Origin: Scyliorhinus canicula
Lineage: Eukaryota
Direction of reading: 5' to 3'
Assembly: GCF_902713615.1 (NCBI RefSeq)
Contig: NW_024055461.1
Coordinates: 1-64,000, forward strand
DNA: 64,000 nucleotides
Shown here: one piece after another, positions 45,390 to 57,342 of the stretch
Position numbering within the stretch: position 1 is the first letter of the stretch
Layout: each line of letters starts with the position of its first letter
The notes under the pieces: generated by a model
What the model saw: only the letters and a program-made list of their open reading frames with translations
The model's database searches: none
What the model was told of the DNA's origin: nothing
Made by a program: the position numbers and the translations under genes

Positions 45390-45894
45390 GGTTGCAAGGC
45401 ACAAAGATACAGTGCGCGATCAGACGTCAGCGTGTTGCCTATCATTAGCTCGCTAATCTTGGCAGTTTTATTTACGGTAGCTGAAACACGATCGGTGATG
45501 TCAGGGTGTCTGTAAATGTTCTTCCCCAGAACATGAAGAATGTATTGTGGAGCCTTCCCGGGACTCTGACTGTACCAGAACACATACGTGTTAGAAGCGC
45601 TTGTCTTCAAGTTGCAGGTTAGTGTGACATTGCTTTCCTCTTCAATCTTTATTTCAGCATCAGGCTGCTCCACTGTGTCCTGGTGGCTCCAATCTGACGT
45701 AAAAATTAGATTAAGAGCAACGATCAGTATCAACCCCAAATTGATCAACTTAATCTTCACCACCGCTATTGTTTGCACCAACAATAACGTCAGGGTTACA
45801 GCAGCCAGGAGGAGAATGGAATTTTACTGGGAAGGAAATACTTACTGAGAAGTGATATAATGATGAGCATCTGAGCGAGGCGGTTCCCCATCAT
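45390..45894 (-). CDS. TRAV: TCR alpha V gene (WSHQD family), apparently functional
   Basis: Leader MMGNRLAQMLIIISLL (45846-45894) with GTAAGT donor; V exon 45390-45693; RSS CACACTG (45383-45389)-22-ACAAAAACC (45352-45360). Confidence 0.92.
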
Positions 45895-46040
45895 CCTTCC
45901 TGAGTCTGGAACTCTGCAGTGAGAGGAATCCTCTGTCAGAGACAGAAATACCGATCCCCGTCACACTGCATTGCTCATCCAGCCAATGGCAGAGGCAGAA
46001 ATGCAGACCCCCGTCACACTGCATTGCTCATCCGAACAAT

Positions 46041-46240
46041 AAGAAGTCTTACAACACCAGGTTAAAGTCCAACAGGTTTGTTTCAAACACGAGCTTTCGG
46101 AGCACGGCTCCTTCTTCAGGTGAATGGAAAGGCTTGTTCCAGAAATGTTTATATAGACACAGTCAGAGATGCCCCGGAATGCGAGCACCTGCAGGCAATC
46201 AAATCATCAAAGATGCAGAGAGAGAGGTAACTCCAGGTTA
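46041..46240 (-). mobile_element. Penelope-derived insertion in V upstream region, 6-bp TSD
   Basis: one arm of the 37254 element plus extra sequence; AACAAT at 46035-46040 and 46241-46246. Confidence 0.75.
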
Positions 46241-46935
46241 AACAATGGCAGCGACAGCAACTTCTCCACTGACACAATTGGGTCAGAGCGAGAGCAGCAA
46301 CCGCAAGCTGTGGGCGGGGATACCGCAGACTCAGAGTGACGTGTGTGCTGACTCTCAGCTGCACTCGGAGCGGAAATAGGAAGGGATGAATCTGCAGAAG
46401 GCAGAAGACTGTGACCATCCTGCACCTGCTCACTGTTCAAGCCACTAAGAAGAAATCGAGCGGGAGGGACATAAAGCCCATTTAAACACGGCTTCTGACA
46501 CTAGACACTGTGTCACTGGATCTGCAACTAGTCTGCCTGTCAATGTAGAGCATCAAAAGAGCAGAAGGATAAACAAATCTGCCAATATTTGTTCTTCGTG
46601 GGGCTGGGATGAAATTAACCCGGCTGATGGAGGTAAACCTCTATTAACTATGAGTGTGCGTAAATTCTAATCAACCTGTTAAACTGTACTGATGAGTATA
46701 ATTTATTACTTACTGTTCAAGAGTACCGCCAGTATTATGAGAAACGTGTCTGATTGAATCGCTCAGTGAATGGGAATTAAATGAGTCAGATTTTTGGAAG
46801 GAGAGAGGGAACCCGGGTTCTGTTCAGCTCATTGTTCGACCCACACACAGCAGGGGGCCAGGCCCATTGTGACATCACTGAGGATACCTCTGTTGTTGGT
46901 CTCATGTGACTTTCCAATCATCATGCGTGGGCTTT

Positions 46936-46949
46936 GCGCCCTCTGCTGG
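46936..46949 (-). promoter_or_regulatory. CTCF-like motif
   Basis: CCAGCAGAGGGCGC on minus; weaker plus-strand ACAGCAGGGGGCCA at 46847-46860. Confidence 0.65.
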
Positions 46950-47229
46950 TGGATTCTGTTCAATCCGGTTCCGAATGGGGGTTACTGGATGGATTTAACG
47001 TTTATAATATAGTAATCTTTATTGTCACAAGTAGGCTTACATTAACGCTGTAATTATTGATTTTTATGTCAAAACATCAATGTCAGGAATGAGAATTGAC
47101 TATTTAAATATGGATACTGCTCATTATTTCTTTCTCTGACCCAGGTCCAATCCATTGCACTGGGAGTCCGGTCGCACCTATCCCAGAGCTGGAACAGGAA
47201 TCCAGTGCGTTCTGGATTTCCAGACCCCT

Positions 47230-47700
47230 GAGCCAACCCCAACCGTTATTCGAAGACAACATGAAAATGGGCAGTGTGCTAAATAGCGAGGAGGAATGGT
47301 TTAGATTGCAGGATGATATAGACGGACGGGCTAGATGGGCAGAACAGTGGCAAATGAAATTTAACCCTGAAAAGGGTGAGATGATGCATTTTGGGAGGAC
47401 TAATAATGCAAGAAAATACACAATGAACGGTAGGTCGCCAAGAAGTATAGAAGCAAGAGGGACCTTGGGGTTCATGTCCGTAAATCCCCGAAGGTAACAG
47501 GACAAGGACTTAAGCTGGTGAAGATGACATGTGGAATGCTTGTCTTTATTAGCCGACGCATGGAATATAAGAGTCGGGAGATTATTATGGAGCTGTATAA
47601 AACGCTGGTTATCCCGCAGCCGGCGTATTTTGTGCACGTCTGGTCGTCACATTATGGGAAGGATGCGATTGCACCAGAGAGGGTGCAGAGGTGATTAATG
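47230..47700 (+). mobile_element. degenerate CR1 RT fragment
   Basis: RLQDDIDGRARWAEQWQMKFNPEK; a further CR1 3' piece at ~48500-49060. Confidence 0.75.
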
Positions 47701-47849
47701 AGACAACGTATATTTAAGAAACTCGTTGGATATGCACTAAGTGCTTGGAGGTGATTCTGAGAGATGCGAGAAGGTCATGATATATGAATATTTTTTTTCT
47801 TTTCTATCAGTGTTATTTTAGCAGTGTCAAGATAAAATAAATCAACCTA

Positions 47850-48480
47850 CAGCGTGATTTAAAGGGGAAAAAGTGTCGTTTTGGGCGCAATTGGCAGGAT
47901 GTTTCCCAATGGCCGCATTGGCGAGATCGCAGCCCATATTTAAGGGCATTCGGTGTTGGAAAGTAGCCCCCATCAGCTTCTCACCATTACTGGCTGCCAC
48001 GTCGTCAGATTCGCTGGATCCGCACCTCATTTAAGGAGGGGAGCGGGCTGCTCTTAAATGCTCCCTCACCATTCACTGCAGTCAACACACAAGCATGGCA
48101 ATATTTAGAGCTGCACCTCGCTTTGGCGATGCCAACCTGGCCAAGCTTCTCGATGCTGTGGATGCATGAGACGGGACATCCTGTTCCGCGGGGGGGGGGG
48201 GGGGGGTGGTCAGAGGGCCAGCAGCAGAGGCACCAATACCGTCGTCCAATGTAGGAAAAAGACCAATGACCTCCAGTGACCTGCAAGGGTACGTTACCAC
48301 CTCTCTCTTGGCATCAGGTCCGCCTGCCACCCCTCAAATCCAACACCCCCTACCCCCCAACACATGGCTGGCTGACACCTTGCACGCACTGGTCTTTGTG
48401 CTTGCTCCTCAGAGCTCACTGGCACCTAGCATCACAACCCCTTGATGTCCAGGTGAGGTGCTCACACATACCATCTGCTA
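47850..48480 (+). mobile_element. Harbinger-like relic (Myb/SANT-type ORF start)
   Basis: MAIFRAAPRFGDANLAKLLDAVDA* from 48095 resembles the APRF..DL..LLDAVEARRD.LFP start of Harbinger accessory proteins. Confidence 0.45.
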
Positions 48481-49330
48481 TAGAACTCCCCTCCCAGCCC
48501 CGAGGCATGGACTAGAAGAGTAGGGAGGTTATGTAGCTGTATAGAATGCGGGCTAGCCCGCAGCTGAAGTATTTTCTGCACATCTGGTCACCACATTATG
48601 GGAAGAAAGTGATTGCACCAGAGAGGGTGCAGAGGAGATTAATCAGGAAGTTTTCTGAGCAGGAGTGTTTCAGTTGTGAAGAGAGGTTGAATAGGCTGGG
48701 ATTATTGTCCTTAAAGTAGAGAATGTTGCGGACGATCTGATCGAGGTGTTCAGAATTCTGAGGAACACAGAATTGAAGACACTTTTCCCCTCAGTAGAGC
48801 GGGCAATAACCAGGGGGCATAGATTTAAGTTAAGGGGTAGGAATTTGGAAGGAATTTAAGCGTAGTTAGAACCTGTAACAGATTGTCTGTGTTCCCGAGG
48901 CGGGAACACTCACAACCCTTAAGAAGCGTTGAGATGAGGACTTGAAACGCCATCACATACAAGGCTACAGACCAAGTGCGAGGAAATTGCTTTGGACTAG
49001 ATGGATACTTGATGGCCGGGGCAAACACAATGGGCCAAAGGGCCTGTTCTTTGCTGTAAAACTGGACGACTAAGGGGCCTGAGGCAGGGAAACTGACGAT
49101 GGCGCCACACGGCCGCCTCTCCTTAGGTCAAAGAAAGTGAAGGAGAGACTGAACGGAGCTGCTGAAATGTAAGTGGGTTGTTAATGAAGATCACACGGAG
49201 CTGTTTCCTCGAGCAGATCCTTAGATAATACAACGATTGATGAGAAATAAAGACCAGGACAATTCCGTCTATTATCTACACTGCGATGTGTTATACTATA
49301 GAGGGCGGATCTAAATAAAGGCAGAAGAAT

Positions 49331-52300
49331 GAGTTCCGGTGGCGGCAATGCGGAGCAAAGCCGCTCATTCGGCAGCTCCCGCTGGAAACTGACTTTGGGG
49401 CTCTTTTCGGTGCTCCCAACGGAGCTGTGTGGGCAAATCCCGACGTGGGAAGAGGACAGCAGTCGACCCCTACGGTCCTATGGTCCGGACCTGGAGTGGG
49501 GTAAGGAGAAAACCGGAGAAAGCACCCCTGAAAAAGCGGGGGAAGGAAGACAAAATGGCGGCCCGCAGAGACCCGGAGGACTGGAGGCAGTGGGCCCAGG
49601 AGCAGCAGGCGACTCTGCTGCGCTGCTTCCAGGAGCTTAAATTGGAGCTGCTGGAGTCGCTGAAGGTAACCAACAGGGAGCTGATGGAGACTCAGACAGC
49701 CCAGGGGGCTGCGATCCGGGAGCTGCAGCAGCAGGCCTCCGAAAGGGAGGATGAGGCCGTGGCCGTGGCGGGGAAGGTGGAGATGCACGAGGCGTTCCAT
49801 AAAAGATGGCAGGAGCGGTTCGAGGAGCTGGACAACCGGTCAAGGCAGAAGAATTTACGGATCCTGGGCCTCACGGAGGGGCTGGAGGGGTTGGACCTAG
49901 CGGCCTATGTGATGACTATGTTAAACTCGCTGATGGGGGCTGGGTCCTTCCAGGGGCCCCTGGAGTTAGAGGGGGCCTACAGAATTCTGACTAGGAGTCC
50001 CAAGCCGAACGAGCCGCCACGGGCGGTGTTGGTGCGGTTTCATCAGTTCGTGGACCATGAGTGTGTGCTCCGGTGGGCCAAGAAGGAGCAGAGCAGCAAG
50101 TGGGAGAACACGGATGTGCGGATGTTCCAGGACTGGAGTGCGGAAGTGGTGAGGCGGAGGGCTGGGTTTAACCGGACGAAGGCGGTGCTCCACAAATGGA
50201 GTGTGAAGTTCGGCATGTTGCAGCCGGCGCATCTCTGGGTCACCCATAAGGATTAGTACCATTATTTTGAGTCCCCGGAGGAGGCGTGGGCCTTTGTGCA
50301 GGCCGAGAAATTGGACTCAAACTGAGGGTCTAAGATGGGGGATACTGTATAATACTGTACTTGTATTTGCTTGGTTTAATGTAAGATGTGGGTTGGCTTT
50401 AGGGTGGGTGGGGTGATGTCGATTTGTCTTTTCTGTATTGGTTTTTCTGTAGGGGTCTGGTGGATGGGTTCGGGCAGGGGGGTAAACGGGGAGTTCGGGG
50501 AGCTGATGGGGGGGGACTGACAATGGGAGTTGCCCTAGAGGATGCGGGGCCAGGCAGGGCGAAAGCATGGGCTTTCTGCGGGTTTCCCGCGCTGGGAGAT
50601 GGTGGGGGCGGCGTCGGGGCTGAGAAGCGCGGGTCGTTCCTGGCTGTTTTCTTTTCCTGTGCAAGAGTGGGGGTGGGGGGGAGGAGGACCCGTTGACGGG
50701 CACGATGGAGGAGGGGTAGTACCACGTGGGGAGGAGTCGGAGGCAAGGTGGGAGTCGCCGGGGACAGCAGAAGATAGCTGGCTCACGGGAGTGCTATGGA
50801 GGGAGGGGCGCAGCTATTACGGGGTCCTAGCCTGGGGGGGGGGTACCGGGTTGCTGCTGAAACGGTCAGGAAGGAGCTGGAGGATGCAGGGGGTGCTGGA
50901 GGGGGGGAGTTGCCGCCATGGGAAACTGACAGAGCGGGGGACGCTGGCCGGGGGTGGGCAAGGGATGGGGTATGGCTAATCGGCAGGGGAGGGGGACAGG
51001 GAGCCCTCTGATCCAGCTGATAACCTGGAATGTGAGGGGGCTGAATGGGCCGGTCAAACGGGCCCGGGTGTTTGCGCACCTGAAGGGGCTGAAGGCGGAT
51101 GTGGCCATGCTCCAAGAGACACACCTGAAAGTGGCGGACCAGGTTCGGCTGAGGAAGGGATGGGTGCGCCAAGTATTTCACTCAGGGCTGGATGAGAAGA
51201 GTTGGGGGGTGGAGATCCTGGTGGGGAAGAAGGTGTTGTTTGAGGCGTTAAATGTGGTGGCTGACAGTGGCGGGAGATATGTGATGGTGAGTCGTAAGCT
51301 GCAGGGGGAGCGGGTGGTGTTGGTGAATGTTTACACCCCAAATTGGGACGAGGCGGGATTTATGTGGCCTATGTTGGGCCGCATTCCGGACCTGGAGGTG
51401 GGGGGCCTTATCATGGTGGGGAATTCAACACGGTACTGGATCCCCCATTGGATCGATCCAAGTCCCGGATGGGTAGGAGGCCAGTGGCAGCTAAGGTGCT
51501 GAGGGGATTTATGGACCAGAGTTGGGGGTGTGGGGTGGATCCCTGGAGGTTTGCGAGGCAAAGGGCCAGGGAGTACTCGTTTTTCTCCCACATACATAAG
51601 ACCTACTCAAGGATTGATTTCTTTGTCCTGAGCAGGGGGTTGGTTTCGAGGGTGGAGGATGTGGAATACTCCACCATTGCCATTTCAGATCATGCCCCGC
51701 ACTGGGTGGACCTCGGGCTGGGAGAACGTCTGCTCTGGACGTTCGCTCTGGCACTAGGAGGTGGGGCTACTGGCAGACGAGGAGGTGGCCGAGAGGGTTC
51801 GGGTTGTATCGAGAGGTACCTTGAGGCCAATGACAACGGGGACGTCTGCGTGGGGACTGTCTGGGAGGCATTGAAGGTGGTGACTAGAGGGAAGTTGATT
51901 TCCATCCGAACCCATAGGGAGAGGGGGGAGCAGAGGGAGAGGGAGAGACTGATAGGGGAGTTCGTGTGGGTGGATAGGAGATAAGCGGAGGCTCCGGAGG
52001 ACGGATTGCTGGTGGAGAGACGTAGCCTTCAGGCCAGGTTCGACCTATTGACTACCAGAAAGGCGGAAGCTCAGTGGTGGAAAGCACAGGGGGCGGTGTA
52101 TGAGTATGGGGAGAAGGCGAGCAGAATGCTGGCTCACCAGCTCCGAAAGCGGGACGCGGCCAGGGAGATTGGGGGAGTGACGGATAAGGCTGGGAAGGTG
52201 GTATGGAGGGGGGTAGATGTTAATGGGGTCTTCAGGGGCTTCTATGGGGAACTTTACCCGTCAGAACCCACGGTGGAGGGGGGTGGAATGGGGCTTCTTG

Positions 52301-55050
52301 GACAAGCTGCGATTCCCGAGGGTGGAGCAGGAGCAGGTGGAGGGACTGGGGTGCCGATCGAGCTGGAGGAGATGGTCAAAAGGATAGGGAGCATGCAGTC
52401 GGGGAAGGCACCGGGGCTGGACGGGTTTCCGGCGGAATTTTAGAAAAGGTATGTGGACCTGTTGGGTCCCCTGTTGGTCTGGACCTTTAACGAGGCAAGG
52501 GGGTATGGGGGGGGGGGCTTTGCCCCCAACTATGTCACGGGCGCTGATTTTCTTGATCCTGAAGCGGGACAAGGACCCTCTGCAGTGCGGTTCATAGAGG
52601 CCAATTTCGCTGCTAAACGCCGACGCTAAGCTGCTGGCAAAGATCCTGGCCACTAGAATAGAGGATTGCGTGCCCGGGGTCATTCATGTGGACCAGACGG
52701 TGTTAGTGAAGAGAAGGCAGTTGAATACGAACGTGCGAAGGCTCCTCAATGTCTTTATGATGCCGGCCGTGGAAGGGGAGGCGGAGATAGTGGTGGCATT
52801 GGATGCAGAGAAGGCCTTTGATAGGGTTGAGTGGGAGTATCTGTGGGAGGTGTTGGAGAGGTTTGGGTTTGGGGAGGGGTTTATCCGGTGGGTGAGACTG
52901 CTCTACGAGGCCCCGGTGGTGAGTGTAGCCACAACTAGGAGGAGGTCAGAGTACTTTCGGCTGTACCGGGGGACGAGACAGGGGTGCCCCCTGTCCCCCT
53001 TGCTTTTCACGTTGGCGATTGAACCCCTGGCCATGGCGTTGAGGGAGTCAGGAAACTGGAGGGGCCTGGTGCGGGGTGGGGAGGAGCATCGAGTGTCGCT
53101 TTATGTGGACGACTTGTTGCTGTATGTGGCGGACCCGCTGGGGGGGATGCCGGAGGTGATGCGGATTCTTAGTGAATTCGGGGGTTTCTCTGGGTATAAG
53201 TTGAACCTGGGCAAGAGTAAGTTGTTTGTGGTGCATCCGGGGGATCAGTAGGAGGGGATTGGTAGGCTCCCACTTAAGCAGGGAGGGAAGACTTATGTGT
53301 CCAGGTGGCTGGGAGTTGGGGGGCCCTGCACAAGCTCAACCTCACAAGGTTGGTGGAGCAGATGGAGGAGGAGTTTAAGAGGTGGGAGATGTTACCGCTG
53401 TCACTGGCGGGGAGGGTGCAGTCCGTTAAGATGACGGTGCTCGCGAGGTTTTTGTTCCTGTTCCAGGCCGTTTTTAGGAGGGTCAACGGGAGTATCACGG
53501 GATTTTTGAGGGCGCAAGGGACTCCGAGGGTGATAAGAGTGTTCCTGGAACGGGCAGGGATATGGGGGGGGGGGGGGGCTGGCGTTGCCCAACCTCTGTG
53601 GGTACTATTGGGCTGCCAACACAGCGATGGTGCGTAAGTGGGTAATGGTCGAGGAAGGGGCAGCATGGAAGAGGATGGAGGCGGTGTCATGTGTGGGCAC
53701 GAGCCTGGAGGCGCTGGCAACGGCGCCGTTGCCGCTCCCTCCAACGAGGTATACCACGAGCCCGGTTTTGGCGGCTACCCTCAAAATTTGGGGGCAATGG
53801 AGATGGCATAGGGGAGAAGTGGGGGGCTCGATGGAGGCCCGGATACGGGGGAACCATCGGTTTGTCCCAGGGAGCATTGATGGCGGATTTCTGGGCTGGC
53901 ACAGGGCATGGGTTAGGATGTTGAGGTATCTGTTTGTGGAGAGGAGGTTCGCCAGCTTGGGGGAGTTAGAGGCGAAGTTTGGGCTCCCCCCGGGGAACAT
54001 GTTTAGGTACATACAGGTGAGGGTGTTTGCCAGGCAGCAGGTGGAGGGGTTCCCCTTGCTACCCCCACGTGGGGTGCGGGACAGGGTGCTCTCGGGGTTG
54101 TGGGTTGGAGGAGGGAGGATTTCGGACATATACCGGGTGATGCAGAAGATAGACGAGGCCTCGGTGGAGGAACTGAAGGGTAAATGGGAAGAGGAGCTGG
54201 GTGAGGAGATTGAGGAGGGGACGTGGGCGGATGCCCTGGAGAGAGTGAATTCCTCCTCTTCCTGTGCGAGGCTTAGCCTCATACAGTTCAAGGTGCTGCA
54301 TAGGGCCCACATGACTGGGACGAGGATGAGTAGGTTTTTCGGGGGCGAGGACAGGTGTGCTAGGTGCTCGGGGGTCCCTGCGAACCACGCCCATATGTTC
54401 TGGGCATGCCCGGCGCTGGGGGAGTTTTGGAAGGGCGTAGCGAGGACGGTGTCGAGAGTGGTGGGATCCAGGGTCAAGCCAGGCTGGGGACTCGCAATTT
54501 GTGGGATTGCAGTGGAGCAGGGAGTGCAGGAGGTGAAAGAGGCCGGTGTTCTGGCCTTTGCGTTCCTAGTAGCCCAGCGGAGGATCTTGCTCCAATGGAA
54601 GGATGCGAGGCCCCCAAGCGTGGAGGCCTGGATCAATGATATGGCGGGGTTCATTAAATTGGAGAAGGTGAAATTTGCCCTGAGGGGATCAGTATAGGGG
54701 TTCTTTAGGCGGCGGCAGTCTTTCCTGGACTTCCTGGCGGAACGGTAGGGAAATAGGCCGGCAGCAGCAGCAACCCGGGCGGGGGGGGGGGGGGGAGTAG
54801 GGAGGGAGGGGGGGTTTTGGTTCGGTGGGAGGGAGAACTGTCTACATGGGTTTGTGGGATGTGGCGGGTGTTATCTCTTTCCCTTTTGTTGTTTGGGTGT
54901 TCTTTTGTTTTTTCTTTTGTTTATAGTTGCTTTTGAAGTTGGGTGGGTAATGTTCTTGGGTTGTTACCGCGGTTGTTTTGTTAATATTGTTGTGATGTTT
55001 ATATTTTGTAAAAATTTCAATAAAAATTATTTTTTTTTAAAAAGAAAAAA
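49331..55050 (+). mobile_element. full-length L1-clade LINE, decayed
   Basis: ORF1 49429-50256 (LDNRSRQKNLRILGL); ORF2 endonuclease TWNVRGLN...LQETHL, RT LDAEKAFDRVEW / GTRQGCPLSP / LYVDD, C-terminal CARC...HMFWACP; many stops and frameshifts; AATAAA and A tail. Confidence 0.93.
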
Positions 55051-55780
55051 GTGCACCTCTGGACCCTTTTGTATCTCTTCCCTCACACATGAAACCTATG
55101 ATCTCTAGTTTTAGACTCCCCTACATTTGGGGAAAGATATTGCCTCTCTACCTTGTCTATGCCACTCATTATTTTACAGACCTCTTTGAGATCATCCCAA
55201 AGCCATCGACGCTCCAGGGAAAAAAGTCCCACTTTATCCAGCCTCTACTTATAACTCAAACCATCAAGTCCCGGTAGCATCCTAGTAAATCTTTTCTGCA
55301 CTTTCTCGGCAATAATAATAATCACTTATTGTCGCAGGTAGGCTTCAATGAAGTTACTGTGAAAAGCCCCTAATCGGCACATTCTGGCGCCAGTTCGGGG
55401 AGGCCGGCACGGGAATTGAACCCGCGCTGCTGCCTTGTTCTGCATTCCAAGCCAGCTATTTAGCTCACTGTGCTAAACCGGTTAATAATGTCGTTTCTAT
55501 AATAAGACTGACCAGAACTGTACACGGTATTCCAAGTGTGGTTCACTAATGTCTTGCAAATTTCAACATGATGTCCCAACTCCTGAATTCAATGTTCTGA
55601 CCAATGAAACCAATCGTGCCTTCTTCACCACCCTGACCTCCGTGACACCACTTTTAAGGAGCTATAAACCTGTACTCCTAGATCTCTTTGTTCTATAACT
55701 CTGCCGAACTCCCTTCCACTAAGTGAGGATATCCTGCCCCGATTCGATCTACCACACATTCAACTAAATTAAACATCATG
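55050..55780 (-). mobile_element. degenerate CR1 fragment split by SINE (55311-55480)
   Basis: reverse-strand CR1 RT/3' sequence on both sides of the SINE. Confidence 0.6.
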
Positions 55781-57342
55781 TGTTATTCATCGGCCCAGCA
55801 GCCAATGGATCAAGGTCCCATTGCAATCCGAGATAACCTTCTTCCTTGGTATCGTGTAGTCTGCAGTCTCTCCCAAGTTATTCTTGGGAGAGACTGCAAT
55901 TTGGACAATTTCATTTTCTCCCCCTGTTGTCTTAGGGACAAAAGTCAAGGTCACCTTGTTTTTGGTGGTAAACAATGTTCCCTCAAGTACAGTACTAGGA
56001 CTACTGTTTTGTATTATTCAACTTCCCTGTTATGTATTGATTGAAATTTCCAAATTTGCCGATGCGGCTAATGTTGTTGCTCAAAGTTTTGACACAGAGT
56101 TATCCAGACACGAAACGTTAGCTCCTTTCTCTCATTTGAGACGCTGTCAGGCCTGCTGAGAATGTCCAATACTTTGTGATTGAAATCTGAACTCAAATCA
56201 GATGTGCATTATAGACAGAATGTGTGTGAGAGTTTAGAAGAGTAAGAAGCGAGTTGACTTAAATGTTGAAGATCCTGAGGGCTTTGATATGATTGGTTTG
56301 TTCATGTTCGGCATTGGATTGGATTTGTTTATTGTTACGTGGACAGAGGAACAGAGAAAAGTATTTTTCTGCGTGCAGCTCAAACAAATCATTCAGTACA
56401 TGAAAAGAAAATACGTAACAATGCAACTCAAGGTACACAATGTAAATACATAGACGAAGGCATCGGTTGAAACATACAGGCCTGTGGAATTAACTGATGT
56501 GCAAAATGATTTCTCACAGGTATCAGCACCTTCGCTTAAATTGTTCAATGATTCATTCAGGGTAAATCGTCAAACAATATATTCTACTTACTTATTTTAA
56601 TTTTTCACTTATAACTTCTAATGAATGAAAATCTACCAGGACACTAATACTATATTTTTGTACCGGAGGAGAAAGCCTGGCGAGAGACTGGCTGAATATT
56701 CCCTGGAATGAGTCGAGCTCTAGATTCAAAGCATGGGAAACGATCTCATTGAAATGTTATTAAATCTCTTGGAACCTAACAGCATTTTGATTGAGAAGCT
56801 GTTTCTCCGCCTAAATAGTGTTAAAGTAAGGATTCGATTTTCTGGAGAAGGGATTGAGGCTATAGTTATGAAAAATAGCTGAATTCACACAGTTGCAAAA
56901 TTTACATTTCTCGATGTCATTTGGTTGTCGTTGTACGTGGACATATTCAAGGTTGATATTGATAGATTTTGAGGCACTGTGTGATTTCAAGAAAAAAGGG
57001 ACAGAGCAGAATCATGGATTTCATCTGGAAGTTCAGTCCCGATGACACTAAATGGCAAAGCAGAATCTCTCATTTCTTATGTTCCGAAGGGAAAATCTCT
57101 GAAGAAGGGTTGAGACAGAATAGAAAGGACTGGACACACAAACCTGGTAATTAGAACCCAGCTGTTTACTCTACACCTAGTTCAATTTTCGGCACTTGGC
57201 AAGTCAGCCGAGAGAAGGGAAAACTGGTGACAGGTTCCTCATGGCTGCCGAAGATCAATTTCACCCCATATGTCAAGAGCAAACATTCTGAAACTGCAAG
57301 ATATATTTTGATTTATAATCTAAACCAAACCCTTTGTCTTTG

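Noticed and set aside
53605-54654. 349-aa minus-strand ORF (also 3678-4220 and similar)
   Set aside because: Antisense shadow of the G-rich L1 ORF2; Ser/Pro-rich with no recognisable domain
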